Source of the DNA: Dipteris shenzhenensis
Taxonomy: Eukaryota
Length of the DNA stretch: 64,000 bases
Direction: 5' to 3' (one strand)
Assembly (NCBI GenBank): GCA_047967505.1
Contig: CM106538.1
In this document: one piece after another, positions 1 to 12,970 of the stretch
Layout of the letters: each line of letters opens with the position of its first letter
How positions within the stretch are numbered: position 1 is the first letter of the stretch
The notes under the pieces: model-generated
Databases searched by the model: none
Seen by the model: only the letters and a program-made list of their open reading frames with translations
What the model was told of the DNA's origin: nothing
Made by a program: the position numbers and the translations under genes

Positions 1-2205
1 ATATGCAAATTTAAGTATTTCATCCTGGATCAGACACTGAATGATGATCCAGCTGCATCCTTTATCATTTAAATCCACAATTGGATGAAGAGAATGCTTG
101 ACAAGAAAAGCAACACCTGAAAAAGAATTTTCTCCCGCATAGAAGATATCATAACCAGCATAAAGACCTGTCCTGCCTGCGTATATATGCTGATTGTGCT
201 CTTGTAGAGCCACTATGCCAGGCTGCACGTCATTAACATATGCCCATACAAGCTTCCATTTCCGAGTGTCACACATACCATGTACATTGAAGGTCAAGCA
301 CTTCATTTGTTCAAACATATTTACAGATGTCTTATACAGCTATATAGACCGCAGAAAGAAAATATATGAAGTTTGCATGTCCACCTCAGGGTTTGGGCCT
401 CGTCCATGAGGTGTCACAACAGCCCGATGGGAGGATAGCAAACCAGCCACTTCTTCTTTTGGGAACAAAGTATGGCTGGCTGTTTACAGCAGCCCAAGTA
501 ATCCCAATTCCTGAATTTTCTGTAGGAGTATGACCATTAAAAGAACCACTATTCCATGTTTGAGGAGGTAAAGGTCTCCTAGCCAAGACAATTTTCCTCG
601 CAGTCTACCAATTTTTAGAGGGATTCTTTTCCTTAACTTTAGGCTGAGACATAGAAGGCACTGAGCCAAAGGCTTTCCCATTGTTCAAGACCCATTATTC
701 AAGACTTGAGCCTTCCCCTTAACTGGTGCTGCATTTACAAGCTTATTGCCTTTATTTTTTATTCGAGAAGGCCCAAGGGCATCCTTATTCTATACTAGAG
801 AAGGCATGGCATCCGGGGGCATTTTATACAAAACCAGAGAGACCCTGTGAAGCCCTATGCCCAAACTTCTTGCACTCAAAGCATGTTCCTGCAAAAAGAC
901 CCCATTTCAGCCTATAATAGGCACTTCCCATGGCCACATTATTAATTGTGACTGAGTAAGATTCTAGAGTGGGCGTATCCGTGTCTCAAAGAATGTGAAA
1001 CCTGTTAGAAGTTCCATTTGGGCAAGGTGGACATACCACCTTTCCTAATGATGCTGCAATTTTTTGCAAAAGTGAAGCCAAGCATTGGGGAAAATCCACC
1101 ACCTCCAACCAAACCAGGCAACAATGCATGATCACCAGTTGGTAATCTTGAGTAGGCAACCAGGGCAAAAACATGCACCATTTGCTGCCCATAAAGGGGT
1201 GGAGAATGCTCTAAGAGCATTTGTTTATGCTGCTCATCCGCCATGATAACTTCAAAAAAACCCTTAGCTGCATAATGCACCTTATGAACAAAACAACTTC
1301 CCAAAGCCCTTGTCAACCAATTGCCCACATCTTCTGTAATAGGCATATGACCCGGGAAGAAGATGATGATAGCATGCTTGGCATATTCCCGTACTGGGTC
1401 TACAATTTCATCAACCTCCATCGTAATTCCAACAGAGGGAGGAGCATCTTTCCAATCCTCTCTTGTGTCTTCAAAACCCTCGTACATAACATCAAAAACC
1501 AACTGTGTCTCTTGAGAGTTGTAGGCAGGGTCATCCTGACCCAAAGCCTGCTTTTTCTTCTTGTTTTGAACCAAACTTTCTTTGTTGAAGGTCTTTTCCA
1601 ATTCATAACCCGCCACAGTAGGCAAAGCTGAAAGCGAAATTTGACCACAACAAAAGTCCACCACAAAGCTAAAGTAGATGGTGAGGGAGAACTGATTTTA
1701 TGGCTATGCACATTAGAAATCAACCAACATTAGACGATAGAAAATCAACGTAATTACTGGGAATAAAAGGGTTAAAAAAGGAGAAAACAACAAAACCCCT
1801 AAAAAATGAAATTGGACGCAGAGAGGAAACGGGAGATAAAGAATGCAACGCTAAAGAAAAGGAAGACCAAAACGAAATATAGACACGTGTGAACACCCAG
1901 CACTCAAAGGAAAAATCTAAAGACGGAAAATAGAGCTGAAGGTAGATGACTAGAATAAACAAGAAAAGGCAAAATGAAAACTCTGAAAACAACATGTGAG
2001 GAGAGAGAGCAAACAGAGGCGAAATTGTAAACATAGAAAGCAACCTGCACACAACCCTAGAGGAGCCCAAAGATCCCTTGGAAAGTGAATCGGAGCAGTG
2101 ATGAATTGGAAGGATGACGATAGGCAGCAACGACCTCTCAAAAGCTCAAATGAGGGCTTAGGAGGGGCATACGAACAGCTTGAGTGTTCCCAAAGGGTCC
2201 TCTTG
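1..2205 (-). mobile_element. 5' half of an L1-type LINE (5' UTR, ORF1, start of ORF2 endonuclease); runs off the left edge
   Basis: ORF1 1664->~390 has a DUF4283-like AKGFF.V motif and a degenerate knuckle CFECKKFGH. ORF2 starts at 306 with APE motifs MKCLTFNVHG...VALQEH. Pyrimidine-rich leader at 1700-2200. Confidence 0.85.
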
Positions 2206-2219
2206 GCCAGCAGCACACA

Positions 2220-2386
2220 CATTCTTTCTTTTCTTTTTTTTGAAAACTTTGAATGCTTTATATTACAAGATGGCTATCCCAGAAAAAACTGGTAAGCCGA
2301 AAGATTACATCAAGAGAAAATCTCCATGTAGGACAAATATACATCCTGATCTATGCAGTGAGTTTGCTGACAATCGAAGAGTGATT
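2220..2386 (-). mobile_element. Severely 5'-truncated LINE 3' end (family A) with A-rich tail and 14-bp TSD
   Basis: Direct repeat GCCAGCAGCACACA at 2206-2219 and 2387-2400; reverse complement aligns by eye with 9800-9919. Confidence 0.8.
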
Positions 2387-2845
2387 GCCAGCAGCACACA
2401 TGCACACAAATACACACACACACATTTTTTTAAATAGTGAAATCCATGTAACTTTATATTATAAAAAGACTTTCCAAAGCAGAGATCAGCCAATACACCA
2501 ATACACATACACACACACACACACACATCAAAGACTGGGCAGCTCACAGGGATACGCAGCCCACTCCAGGATCATGTATGTCCATACCCTTTGTTACTAG
2601 TTTTCTCATGTTCAGCTCTACAGGTCTGTAATTTTGTTTCATTGTCTGAGTTATCTTATTCTGAGCTGGGTAAGTTTATCTAGCCCCTAGAACAGTTTGT
2701 TGTTGTTTTTCTTGTCAATCTGAATTATGTCTAGAACTCTCTAGACCTTGTATTTTGTACTTGCTTTTTTTCCCAAAGATCCTAACAAGTCTCCCATGGA
2801 TTATAATACAAACATTTTATTTCATCTCTCTCTCTCTCTCTCTCT

Positions 2846-3075
2846 ATTTCATATTTCATATTTTACATTTTGTATCTAGGCATTTTTGGTACTCTATTTC
2901 ATTTCATTTTGTATCTAGGATTTTTGTAGCCATTTTTGGCATCTTAGCTGTATTATGATGAGGCCACCTAGTTGGCGCATCGTTGATGATGTATTTTCCT
3001 TTCGGATGATTTTGTGTCCCATAGGCCATGTATGGCCTTCCGTGGACCTTTAATAAAATTTCTTTCTTTCTTTCT
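2846..3075 (+). mobile_element. Short non-LTR 3' fragment or SINE-like element with (TTTC)n tail, inserted in (CT)n
   Basis: Near-identical to the reverse complement of 20400-20630; (CT)n on both sides; AATAAA precedes the tail. Confidence 0.8.
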
Positions 3076-3194
3076 CTCTCTCTCTCCATATGTGTGTGTG
3101 TGTTTTTGAAAAACTGAAAAAAAAGGGGGTGTGTACATTTGTGTGTGTGTGTGTGTGTTTGTGTGTGATTACCTTCCTTTGGCCTGATGCTTTT

Positions 3195-6100
3195 GACTGA
3201 CAATAATCTTCCCAGTATTTGGTTGGTACAACCGATACCCTCTGCTCTCCTGGCTGTAGCCAATAAACATGCATTTGATTGCCTTATCATCAAGCTTATG
3301 TCTCAGCTGAGATGGTACATGGACATATGCAAGAGACCCAAAAACTCTCATGTGTGAAAGTGAAGGCTTCGTGCCTTTCCATGCTTCATAAGGTGTAACC
3401 ATCTTCAATGTCCTTGTGGGTGATCTATTCAGCACATAGTTGGCACATATCACTGCATCAAGCCAAAATTTATTGGGCAAGGACTTGGCCTTAACCATGG
3501 CTCTGGCCATCTCCATAGTGGACCTGTTCTTCCTTTCAGAAACAGGATTATGCTGAGGAGTGTGAGTAGTGCATGAGTGAACAATGCCCCATGAAGACAA
3601 AAATGCATCAAACTCCTTTGACATATACTCCCTCCCCCATCTGTGTTGAGGGTGACAAGCTTCCTGATTCATTCTCAACCATATTCAGCCACCTCTGAAA
3701 GCATGTGAACACTTCAAATTTGACTTTTAAAGCATATACCTAGCAATATCTTGTGAAGTCATCAATTAGAGTCATGAAATATTTGTACCCTCCATTGGCA
3801 TTTGTCCTCATTGGGCCACAGACATCACTGTGCACTAGCTGCAATTTCCTTTGTGAGAATTTTGGACAATCCTTTTGAAAAGGAAACCAATGCATCTTAC
3901 CCGAAAGACAACCCTCACACACATGTTTGGAAACTGTGTGAGTTTGAGGTACATCATTTGCCATGCCCTGTGAATGTAACTTGGCAAGAGCTCTATAATT
4001 GAGATGACCCATCCTCTCATGCCAAAGATGAGTTTCAGCAAGCTGTGAATCTGAAATAGCAAATGCTTCAATAGAAAATGCAGTTGAGTGATGATCAAGG
4101 TGATAAAGCCCCTTTTGCACAGTGCTAGTGAGAACTATGGCATTGTCATCATGAAGATGATATACCAAGTGCATCTGTATCCATCAAATATCACTCTGAA
4201 ACCTGAAGTGGCAATTGCTGAAATTGAAATCAAGTTGACTTCAATTCCACGCACAAAAAGGACATTTGTCAAAGTGACAGGATGGCTAGAAATGGATGTG
4301 AGCTGCACATCTCCAATTCCTTTTACAGCATAGGAAGCATTATTAGCACATGTGACAGTCCCCCCTCGAGGTGCATTAGCTAAGGAATGAAACAATTGTA
4401 TGCAAGAGGTGACGTGCTTGGAAGCACCACTATCAAAATACCAAGACTGAGCATCATTAGCAGTAAATAATGCATCAACTTTGGAGGGATCAAAGGAGCA
4501 ATGGACAGCCCATGCCCAATCATCCTGGAGAGCATGTGCATGTGAGGCATGCTGGCTCATGGGATTCAATTGCATGTGAGCCATTTACTGTCAATCCTGC
4601 TTTCTTTTTCTCCAAAGCAATGCGCTTCCTGCATTCTGAAATTTCATGCCCTAGCTTGCGACAATAGTTGCATCTTTTCTTCTTTGACTTATCTGCTGTA
4701 TTTTGAGATACATTGGAGGAATTGCCGCTGTTAGGCACATATTTAGGCTTGCCCATAGGCTTGGAAACCTTGCCTTTTCCTGTCTGCTGTGAAGCAAATG
4801 CATGATCAGGAATAGTACCTTGCCGATTAGCACGACTTTGCCCTTCTTGCAAAAGCAAAGTGACTAATTGATCAAAGGAGTAGTGGTCTAAATTACCCAT
4901 GGCCACTAGTCCAAGGGTTGTAGCAAACCCTTGATATGTATCTGGCAGCCCATTCAATGTGGTATTGACAAGCTGAGAATTTGGCACTACCTCATCAATA
5001 TTGGCAAGTTGTTCCATGAGATCCTTGACCTTGGTCAAGTATGCATTCATAGAGTCACCTTCATTCATGCTGACTTCCTGCAATGCCTTCTTAAATATGC
5101 AACACGTGCCTCATTGTGAATCTGATAAAGAGAAGCCAATTTGTCCCAACCATCCTTTGCTGTCTTGCATGACCGGATGTGTGGAATAATGATTCTCTTG
5201 CATGATAAAGCAATACAATAATGTGCATTTGCATCTTTTGCATCCCATCTTGTTTGTTCCTGAGTTGGAGGAGCAGCAACAGGGGTGGTAGAGGATAAAT
5301 CATCAAGAGGAGTCCCCTCTGCAGAGGGACCAGCATTAGGGGCAGCCACTGCAGCATTGGCTGGCCTCAGATCAATCCCAGAAACAATGTTAAAAAAATG
5401 TCTTGCAACAAGAATATGTTTCATGAGATAAGACACATCGGATAGTTGGTGCCATCCAACTTATCATCTTCATGAAGAATGCCAAATAAATCATGATTGT
5501 TGCCTGCCATTGCAAATAGGACAAGTCAAAAATGCACTGACAAAGTGACGCACAAGATAGCCTCGAGGCTTGCAACTGCAAAAAAATAGGACTTGCTGTC
5601 CAAATCTGGAAAAGCCCCAAATTAAGCTGTAATTTGCAAATGTGATCAAATGGCCTGCAATTTCTTGCCAAATTCACTGCAAATCTGAAAGTATCGTGCA
5701 ATCTACATGCAATAGACCCAAAAGCCCCAATTTGTGGAGCAAAACTGAGCCAAAAATAGGGCAAATTCAAGAAAAGCCCCAAAATTTCTGCAAATCTGTA
5801 AGTACAAAACAGTACGGATGGAACTGTACGGGCAAATCTGACAGAACTGTACAGAAATCCATATGACTGTACAGATGGAAGTGTACGGCCAAATCTAACG
5901 GAACTGTATGGACGTTGAAATGCGAGCCTGTACGGATGGTACGGACTGACACGCAGTACGAAAATCTGTACGACGGTGCGGACTGACGCGCGTGTGTATA
6001 GACGAACTGACGCATTGTACGGACTGTATGCACAGCAAGTTGCGTCGGAGCTGTGCGGACGTCCGAGAGCAAAAGCTTGACGATGGAGCAGAAATGTGCA

Positions 6101-6423
6101 AGCTGGAGCTGGAAGCAGGAAGCCGGAGTAGGGAGCAGGTCCGGGAAGGAAGTGCTCTGATACCATTGTAGGCTCACAGAAGCAAAAGGATGCAAAAGAG
6201 TGGAGCAAGAAGTGGAAGCCATCACATCAACAACTAGAATGAAAATGAAAGTACAAGGTACTATAAAAGAGAATCTTAGGACCTAGTGTCCTAGTGGTAC
6301 CACTAGTACTAGATGTCATAAGACACTAAAAGCACTAGGTGACCTAAGTGCCAATAACTAAAGCTACATGGCACATACCAGGGCCTAGAGGGCATCAATA
6401 CGACCGGGAGAAGATGGCCTACA
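3195..6423 (-). mobile_element. Ty1/copia retrotransposon, 3'-truncated (5' LTR, PBS, gag, protease, GAG-pre-integrase, integrase)
   Basis: LTR 6167-6423 (TGTAGGC...GCCTACA); Met-i PBS TGGTATCAGAGC at 6154-6165; zinc knuckle [37 protein letters not shown]; ends after KIIVS. Confidence 0.93.
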
Positions 6424-7072
6424 CCTGCTATATTATATGTTATTTTCGGGCACTTACATGGTCGTATTCCTGGATGTCTCTTTTCTACTCGGTTAATCCA
6501 TGATTGGCAGCACCTTCTGACTCATCTGCATTGGTTAGGCTGTCCTCCAAATCCTGGTAATGCCCTTCATCTGCAGAGCATCCATTGGAACTGTGTCTTT
6601 ACTCCCCCTTTAGCTCACCTTCAGCCTCTAGAAAGGCTTATTTTCTGCATCGTTTGGGTATTTCTACAGTTGATAATCAAGGCTTCACACTCTCCTTTAC
6701 TTAGGCCAAGAGACAATAATGTTTGGGATTGCATCATATGCATATTTGGCGCATTCTCACCACCATGTTACAACCTTTTCAACCTGTCCCTCACCTATTT
6801 ACTACTCTTTCTCTGGTGGATTGGAAGTTTGAACAGGGCCTCCTGAGCTATTCTTCTTTCTAATTTCATGATATTCTTGCCATGAGAGCTTATCATATTT
6901 TGTTCCCATAGTAGGAGCGTGGCAATCATATTTGGCATCTTGACAAACCTCTTGCTTGGTGGAAGGTTTGTCTCATTCACATTAGGAACTGCAAACTTCC
7001 TCTTAGGCAAGGGTTTTCCATGTGGCATTGTTTGGTAGGGGTACTACCAGTGGGCTCTTTCTTGGCTGCTAG

Positions 7073-9119
7073 CACTGTAACCAACAAACACATTTCGAGC
7101 AAGCGAAATGCTTCGAAACGTTTCTCTGAAATGGGCGAAACACCATCGCATTGGGCAAAACGCCCTAGTACAGGTTGTCACCTGTGTCTTGACTCTTGTG
7201 AGAGTGCTCAATGTGTATATGTGTATTTGAGAGCTCTTTTTAGAGAGAGAGAGAGAGAAAGAAAGAAAGAAAGTGTATTATTGTCCACTAAAGGCCAAAA
7301 TGGGCCCATGGCACATCAAGAACTCTGCATACAAGATAGCACAAAATCAACGTACCACAAAGAAGAGGCATCGTCGAATATCATCTAAGTGCTACGCAAT
7401 ACAATGCAAGTGAAAGTACATAATGTCAAATCTGAGCCTAAATACAAAGTAAACTAGGTGCAAGGAAACCGCCCCTGGGTGCAAAATGGGGGGATGAGTA
7501 CAATATGCCAATGCAAAGATACAAGTCCAGGTGTCACGGAGTCTGAGAACCAAAATAATACTGGAAATCCTGTCCATCGACTCTGCCTCCTGCTATGAGA
7601 GTACAAAACTGAGCAAAGGTGAGGTGAGCGGCTGGTGGGGCGAGATCTCCATGAGTAAGTCTCCTCCGAAAAGCTGCCATCATCCTGGATCGTCTGGAGA
7701 TGAAGCGGCGAGTACGTCCCCTATGTAACAAGATCCTGCGGCGTCTACAAACCATCTCATATGTACATCCACAGGGTGGAGGCATGTGTCCTGTGTGAGC
7801 TCTGACCTCCTCGTGCTCCTCCTGGTCTCTGTCCTCTGGTATAGCGTGTGCCTGAGCTCTATCAGGCTAGGCTCTATCACGCTTCGGTCTGTGCTGATGG
7901 TCTCTGAGGTAGTCTCGTCGAAGCATAGTGGCCTCCCTGACATAAAGAGCTAGGCAATGCTGATCCTCGTAGTCCATCACTCGTGAGAGAGGTCCAAAGC
8001 CATCCGTGAAGAGACAGTGGAATCTACCTCTGAGCTCATAATATAGCGGGCATCTGCAAATGAAGTGCTCCTCTGACTCCACCTCTCCCATGGTGCAACA
8101 AGGGCAGATCCTGGTCTCTCGGCCTGTCGCCGTCCATCCTCCATGCGTCGCATCCTACCAGCCTCTATCTCGAGCTGATGCGAAGAGACTCTAAGCTGGC
8201 CAAGGGCAATCATCAGTGAGTGGGACATGTGGATACCTGTATAGCCTGGTGGAATGACAAATCCATCCTCTTATATCCGAAGGAAGTGGTCACGAAATGT
8301 GGCCATCTTCGTCGGAAGCTGCGTGGGATAAATCCAAGTGCGATACGTATGAAGCTGCAGCAAGTCTGCTCTCGTGACCTGGCTAAGCTCGTGGCAAGTC
8401 AACTCGAGATGAGGGGCATCTATGCTGTATCGGAAGGGAGGTAGTCTATCCATGTCTAGTCCAAGAGATGTGAGCCACCTAGTGAGTCTGAAGTACCAGC
8501 AGTATCGGGCCCCAGATCGTGCCAACTCCATAGAAGATGCAAGTGCTAACCATGGCAACCGAGCTCTGCCTGCTGCTGAGTCTCCAAACTCCCTAACCCT
8601 GTGCAAATACATGACCGACTGAAACACTGCATCCAATGCAAGGGGAGTAGCTCCAAACTCTGCTAGCATGATCTCGTGCGGAACTGTAGCCTTGGCCCTA
8701 ATGAGCCGAGAGAACATGATGATTTGTAACCTCTCTACTCGTCTCCAATCTGCAGCGCCGAGGTTTCCTGCCCAGAAAGGAGCTGCATACATCGCAGCTG
8801 GTCTCCCCAATGTATCAAAAAGCAAGGATTTCGCATCGGGATGCTGAAAGTGGGACTGAAAACACTGACGCTCAAGATGAGCCAACGAAGCATACCCTTT
8901 ACTAATCCTATCTCGTGCTGCATATGTCATGGTGAAAACCGGTCCCCTGAGAGAGAGAGAGAGAGAGAGAGAGAATTTGGAGATAATTGTTTATGTTATA
9001 TATATAATTCATATAAAATCCATTTTTAAAACCCATTTCTAGACAAAACGCCTGGCAAAATCTAGGAACAAGAAAGACAAAACGCCTGGCAAAATCTAGG
9101 AACGTTTCTTGTGACTATG
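7073..9119. mobile_element. hAT-type non-autonomous DNA element (about 0.3 kb without its nested LINE)
   Basis: 8-bp TSD GCTGCTAG at 7065-7072 and 9120-9127; imperfect TIRs CACTGTAACCAACAAAC / CATAGTCACAAGAAAC; subterminal AAAACGCC repeats. Confidence 0.7.
7258..8948 (-). mobile_element. 5'-truncated RTEX/L2-like (non-L1) LINE inserted in (GA)n
   Basis: Post-RT motifs LFDTL.RP..MY...W and VERLQ; C-terminal LRVSSHQLEIEAGR...ESEEHFICRCPLY; (TTTC)n tail; GA tracts at about 7243-7258 and 8949-8974. Confidence 0.8.
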
Positions 9120-9599
9120 GCTGCTAGGCATATCAATTCCTTGGTCTGCCCACCTTGTTCACATCCAAGGGAGACTGGACTTGTCTTGCTACCCATGATT
9201 TTCTTCCTAGACTGGCGACTTATCTTCATGCCCGTTTTCCCAGCGCGTTTTTTGGCAGGAGGTTCTACTTGTTCGAGAGACATGCCTCTACACCAGACTA
9301 TGTTCAGTTCTTCAATTGATATTGTTGCTGGGCTTTATGGTCTTTGTATCATGCCCACAACATTCCTTTGTACAAGCATTCCTCACTCAATGTTTATCAT
9401 TTCTTCTATTCCTCCCTGCATTAGTCCCTTTAAGATGCGCGATTATGTGGAGATCTTCCTCTAGCTCAGCTAGAAGTGTTCTATCATTGTTTTTAGTTTG
9501 AGTAGTAGCTGCTCCTCTTTGGAGCAGTTATGAATGTATATTTTTTCTTAATGTGATATTGCTTTTTACAAAATTAAGTGTGTGTGTGTGTGTGTGTGT

Positions 9600-9919
9600 C
9601 TCTATGTGTGTTCTCGTGAGTTCATTGATCTTCTTCGGTAGCGCCTGCGAGCGAGATTCCCAACTGTTCTTTTGGGAAGTCTTTCTGGCTCTTTGGTTTT
9701 CATCCACCCAGACTGGAGTTTCATCTTTTCTTTGTTTCGTGTTTGGTTTTTTTAAGCGTTCTCTATAGCAATCCTTCTTTGATTGCTTGCAGATGCGCTA
9801 CATAGATCATGATGTATATCTAGCATACACTGAGATTTTCAGCTGATGTAATTTTGGCTGCCTCATTTTGACGTCGCTACTCTTGTAATATAATCAATCA
9901 AAAGTTTTCACTAAAAAAA
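9600..9919 (+). mobile_element. Truncated LINE 3' end (family A) between two (GT)n tracts
   Basis: Encodes RLRARFP..SL.QSFFD, homologous to 30660-30900; A-tail followed by (GT)n. Confidence 0.75.
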
Positions 9920-9926
9920 GTGTGTG

Positions 9927-9980
<54 letters not shown>
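9920..9980. repeat. Compound microsatellite (GT)n(AG)n abutting the malic enzyme splice donor
   Basis: Directly visible. Confidence 0.97.
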
Positions 9981-9981
<1 letters not shown>

Positions 9982-9983
<2 letters not shown>

Positions 9984-10035
9984 TTGAGTCCACCATCCAA
10001 ATCTTTTTCCTAGCTTCTTCAAGAGAAACACTAGT
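9982..10035 (-). CDS. NADP-ME: NADP-malic enzyme exon (TSVSLEEARKKIWMVDSK); last exon visible in the window
   Basis: Conserved EE.RKKIW.VDSK motif; cag| acceptor, |gtctct donor; 54 bp. Confidence 0.94.
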
Positions 10036-10196
10036 CTGCTTACAAACACACCCATCAAGATATAGTCATTAGAGGTCACCGCATAGCACATGAAGACTCT
10101 TTAAAGCCAATATTTTGCAAAGGGAATAAGGTTATAAGGAGATCATTTTAGTTCTCTTGAGAATATTTAGAGGGGTAACTGTTCAGTAGCATATAC

Positions 10197-10244
10197 CTGC
10201 TTTGTAATTTCCAAAGCTATCATTTCTCCAATTCCTGTGCCAGC
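10197..10244 (-). CDS. NADP-ME: NADP-malic enzyme exon (AGTGIGEMIALEITKQ)
   Basis: Completes GAGEAGTG; tag| and |gtatat; 48 bp. Confidence 0.95.
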
Positions 10245-12416
10245 CTACATAATTCAGAGATACAAAATCTGAGACATTTATTCCTGGACACTATTGCTTG
10301 TTTTTAAAAAGAATACAGAACCAGTTGCAAAATCTCAGGTATGGGCTGAGTATAGAATCCATATTGCTTTTAAGTAACCTAAAAGTTCCCCATTTCTCCC
10401 TAGCCTTTGTTTCTCAATGGATCACAATATATAAACCAGAAATGCACCAATAATATAACTAATCAGATACGAAGTATAATAAATCATATAAAGCTAACAA
10501 AATATTTGGAAACTTATGCCATGTCAGGACAATATCCCTGCTATAAGTCTTATCAACTCAACCTGAAGCCATAGTTTGTCATACCAGCACTCAAAAAGAC
10601 CAGAAATAAAGAGTGTTTTATAGACAGCAGAAAAAGGCAGACTGACAGCAAAGCAAAGACCTACAGAACAGATGATTTGACACAAGAAGAGAGCAGAGAA
10701 CAGCAGGAAGAAGGATAAATGAGCAGAAAACGAAATTCTGTGTCCATGAATAGTACACAAGAAGCTCAACAAGCAGGTCGAGATGGAGCTTAGATCAAAA
10801 CGTGGCCTTGATGCCAAATTTTAAATGACGAAGTGGATGCACACACGGGACATTGTGAAGGTATTACAAAAATGTCAAAAGGTCCAACTAGTACAACTCC
10901 AAAATGATGTTGTATATCTAAAAAATAAAGGCCTAGCCCTAAGGGGAAAAGACCCTCCTAATTGAAGGTCTTCACACTACAATCACTTAATATCTAACAA
11001 GTTTCTACAGCTTTTCTATATGGCTAGCTCTCTGATTTCCCCTTCATCCTCTAGGATATCCAAAGCACGTATCGCTCCATCCACTTGAGCCCCTCTTTGT
11101 GCCACCTTGTACTTTTTGTTGCCTCCATGTCTTTGTGAGCCTATGTGCATCCATCTTCTCTACCTTCCCCTTCGAGGGATATCGGTCTTGTCTCTGCTAG
11201 CATGATTAGATAGGGGGATCGCACTTTAAACCCCAGCTCTCCTATGAGAAACATTTTGTGAATTATTTCTATTCTGTCCAAATGCCCAGGCTAGGCATCC
11301 ATAGATGACCACCATTGAACAAACATTGTGTGACCACATCCGCGTTTCCCATCTGGACAGATTTGACAGCATTTTGTACCAAGGGTTGTACCAGCTGTGT
11401 GAAAAGGATTATTAGATGGCCACTACTAGCACTTTGTACCAAGGGTAGGAAAGATGGAAAATGGGCAGTATATCGTGGAGGCATAGCAATCATTAAGGAG
11501 TTTAAATCTAAGCCAAAAGACTTTCAGTCTTAAACCTATATATCGCTGATTATGTTTTTCCAAGCTATAACGTAGGTACTCTAAATAACTGGAGCTGCTT
11601 TTTGCACTCTCTAGGAGCTGCCATGTGCCCTCCCTAAGCAGATGTACTAGAGAGGTTTTTTTGCTGTCAAATAGACCTGTTGGTCTTCCGTGGATGTTAA
11701 TAGACATTCTTTCTTTCTTTTTCTTTCTCTACATAGGTTGCAATGTGTTTGTTAGAATGCTCCCTGCCCCCTCACACTTTACATTTTTGGGTTGCCAAGG
11801 GCTACATGGACCACTTTGGGCCGCCATGGTAGCTAAGCCCAACACCCAGCAATGGTATGCTTTGTTACCTAGAGACAACGTGTGGACCTCCTCTAGGGCC
11901 TCTCCAAGTGATGCAAGTCAAGGCTTTGTTGCCCCACCTAGGGACTTCCAGTAGCTTAGTGCCACTCCAACAAATTGCTACACGCCCAAGCCGATTAGAC
12001 ATGTGTCTGATGTGTTACTCATGTTAAGACACCTCAGACAAGAAACCTGTTAATAGGAACCTATTTAACACCTTTTGTTTACATAGCTGTTGTCAACGTA
12101 AAATAAATCTTGATGTTTCCAGAATTCTTCTGCATATCCATAACATCACAGGAGGATGTGACAAAGGATAGCAAACTATCTTAAAGATGTACCAACAATA
12201 CGTGCTGGATGACAAAGCTGATCCATATTTCTTGATATATGTGCATTATGATAATGACAATTAATAAGAATCACACTAGAAAGCATGCATCACCACATTG
12301 GATAAAGATTATCACAAACATTTTCCTTTTCGAAGATTCCTTCAGACAAACTACTTCGGGTGGATTTGTTTCCTTTTATCTCAGTACAATGAGAAAACTT
12401 GTGTTATTGACTGTAC

Positions 12417-12515
12417 CTCTCCAGCACCAAGGAAGACGAAAGTATGGTCTCCTAGTGTTCCCCCAGTCAACTTTAGAGCTGCAAGTAAGCCACTGAGGAC
12501 CACAACAGCTGTGCC
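12417..12515 (-). CDS. NADP-ME: NADP-malic enzyme exon ([33 protein letters not shown])
   Basis: Continues the FNDDIQ-GTA signature and begins the GAGEAG dinucleotide-binding motif; tag| and |gtacag; 99 bp. Confidence 0.96.
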
Positions 12516-12970
12516 CTACATAAAACAGTTTAGAATAAAAAGTAAGCCTTAAAGCCACACGTGCCATCGAGGACCATGAAAGCTGTAATTTACAGGAAGC
12601 AATTCAGAGTAAATGGGCATGCAACATGTATGACAACGTATGACCATTGATCTTGTTATAACCCTTATCGCTAGAAGTAAACACAACTGCTGCAGATAAT
12701 CGGTAAAGGAAGGCTATCATTGAAGATACATCAAGACCTACTGTTTCCAAATAAACAATCTCCCTCTTCTCAATGTACCATTTCTAAACCTCTACATCCC
12801 ATAGATCTAACAGCAAGTGAATGTACAACGAAAATTCTATTCAAGCATATAATTACATAGGAAACAAAATGAGTATCTCTGAAGCATCCACATCATTCTA
12901 TCTTCTAGATTCCTGAATGCTGTAATTGGTATGGAATAAACTGTAGATCCCATAGTTGAGATTAAAGTAC

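Larger units (their letters stand above)
6424..9577 (+). mobile_element. Decayed 3' part of an L1-type LINE (family A), split by a hAT-type element
   Basis: 6960-7072 (CKLPLRQ...WHCLVGVLPVG) and 9120-9300 (ARHINSLVCPPC...ET) join into a zf-RVT region homologous to 30450-30700; ends at (GT)n. Confidence 0.7.

Noticed and set aside
2904-3293. Near-identical peptide shared with ORF 20253-20576
   Set aside because: Antisense reading of two copies of the same non-coding retroelement 3' end
6154-6165. tRNA-Met-like sequence (also 20331, 51021, 63648)
   Set aside because: Only the 12-nt primer-binding sites of LTR elements; no cloverleaf
5390-6208. 272-aa ORF upstream of copia gag (and 50960-51469)
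   Set aside because: No recognisable domain, not conserved at protein level between the copia families; explained by leader motif composition
10850-12090. Possible decayed DNA-transposon (hAT-like) remnant in the 2.2-kb intron
   Set aside because: No convincing TIR pair, TSD or transposase motif could be established by eye
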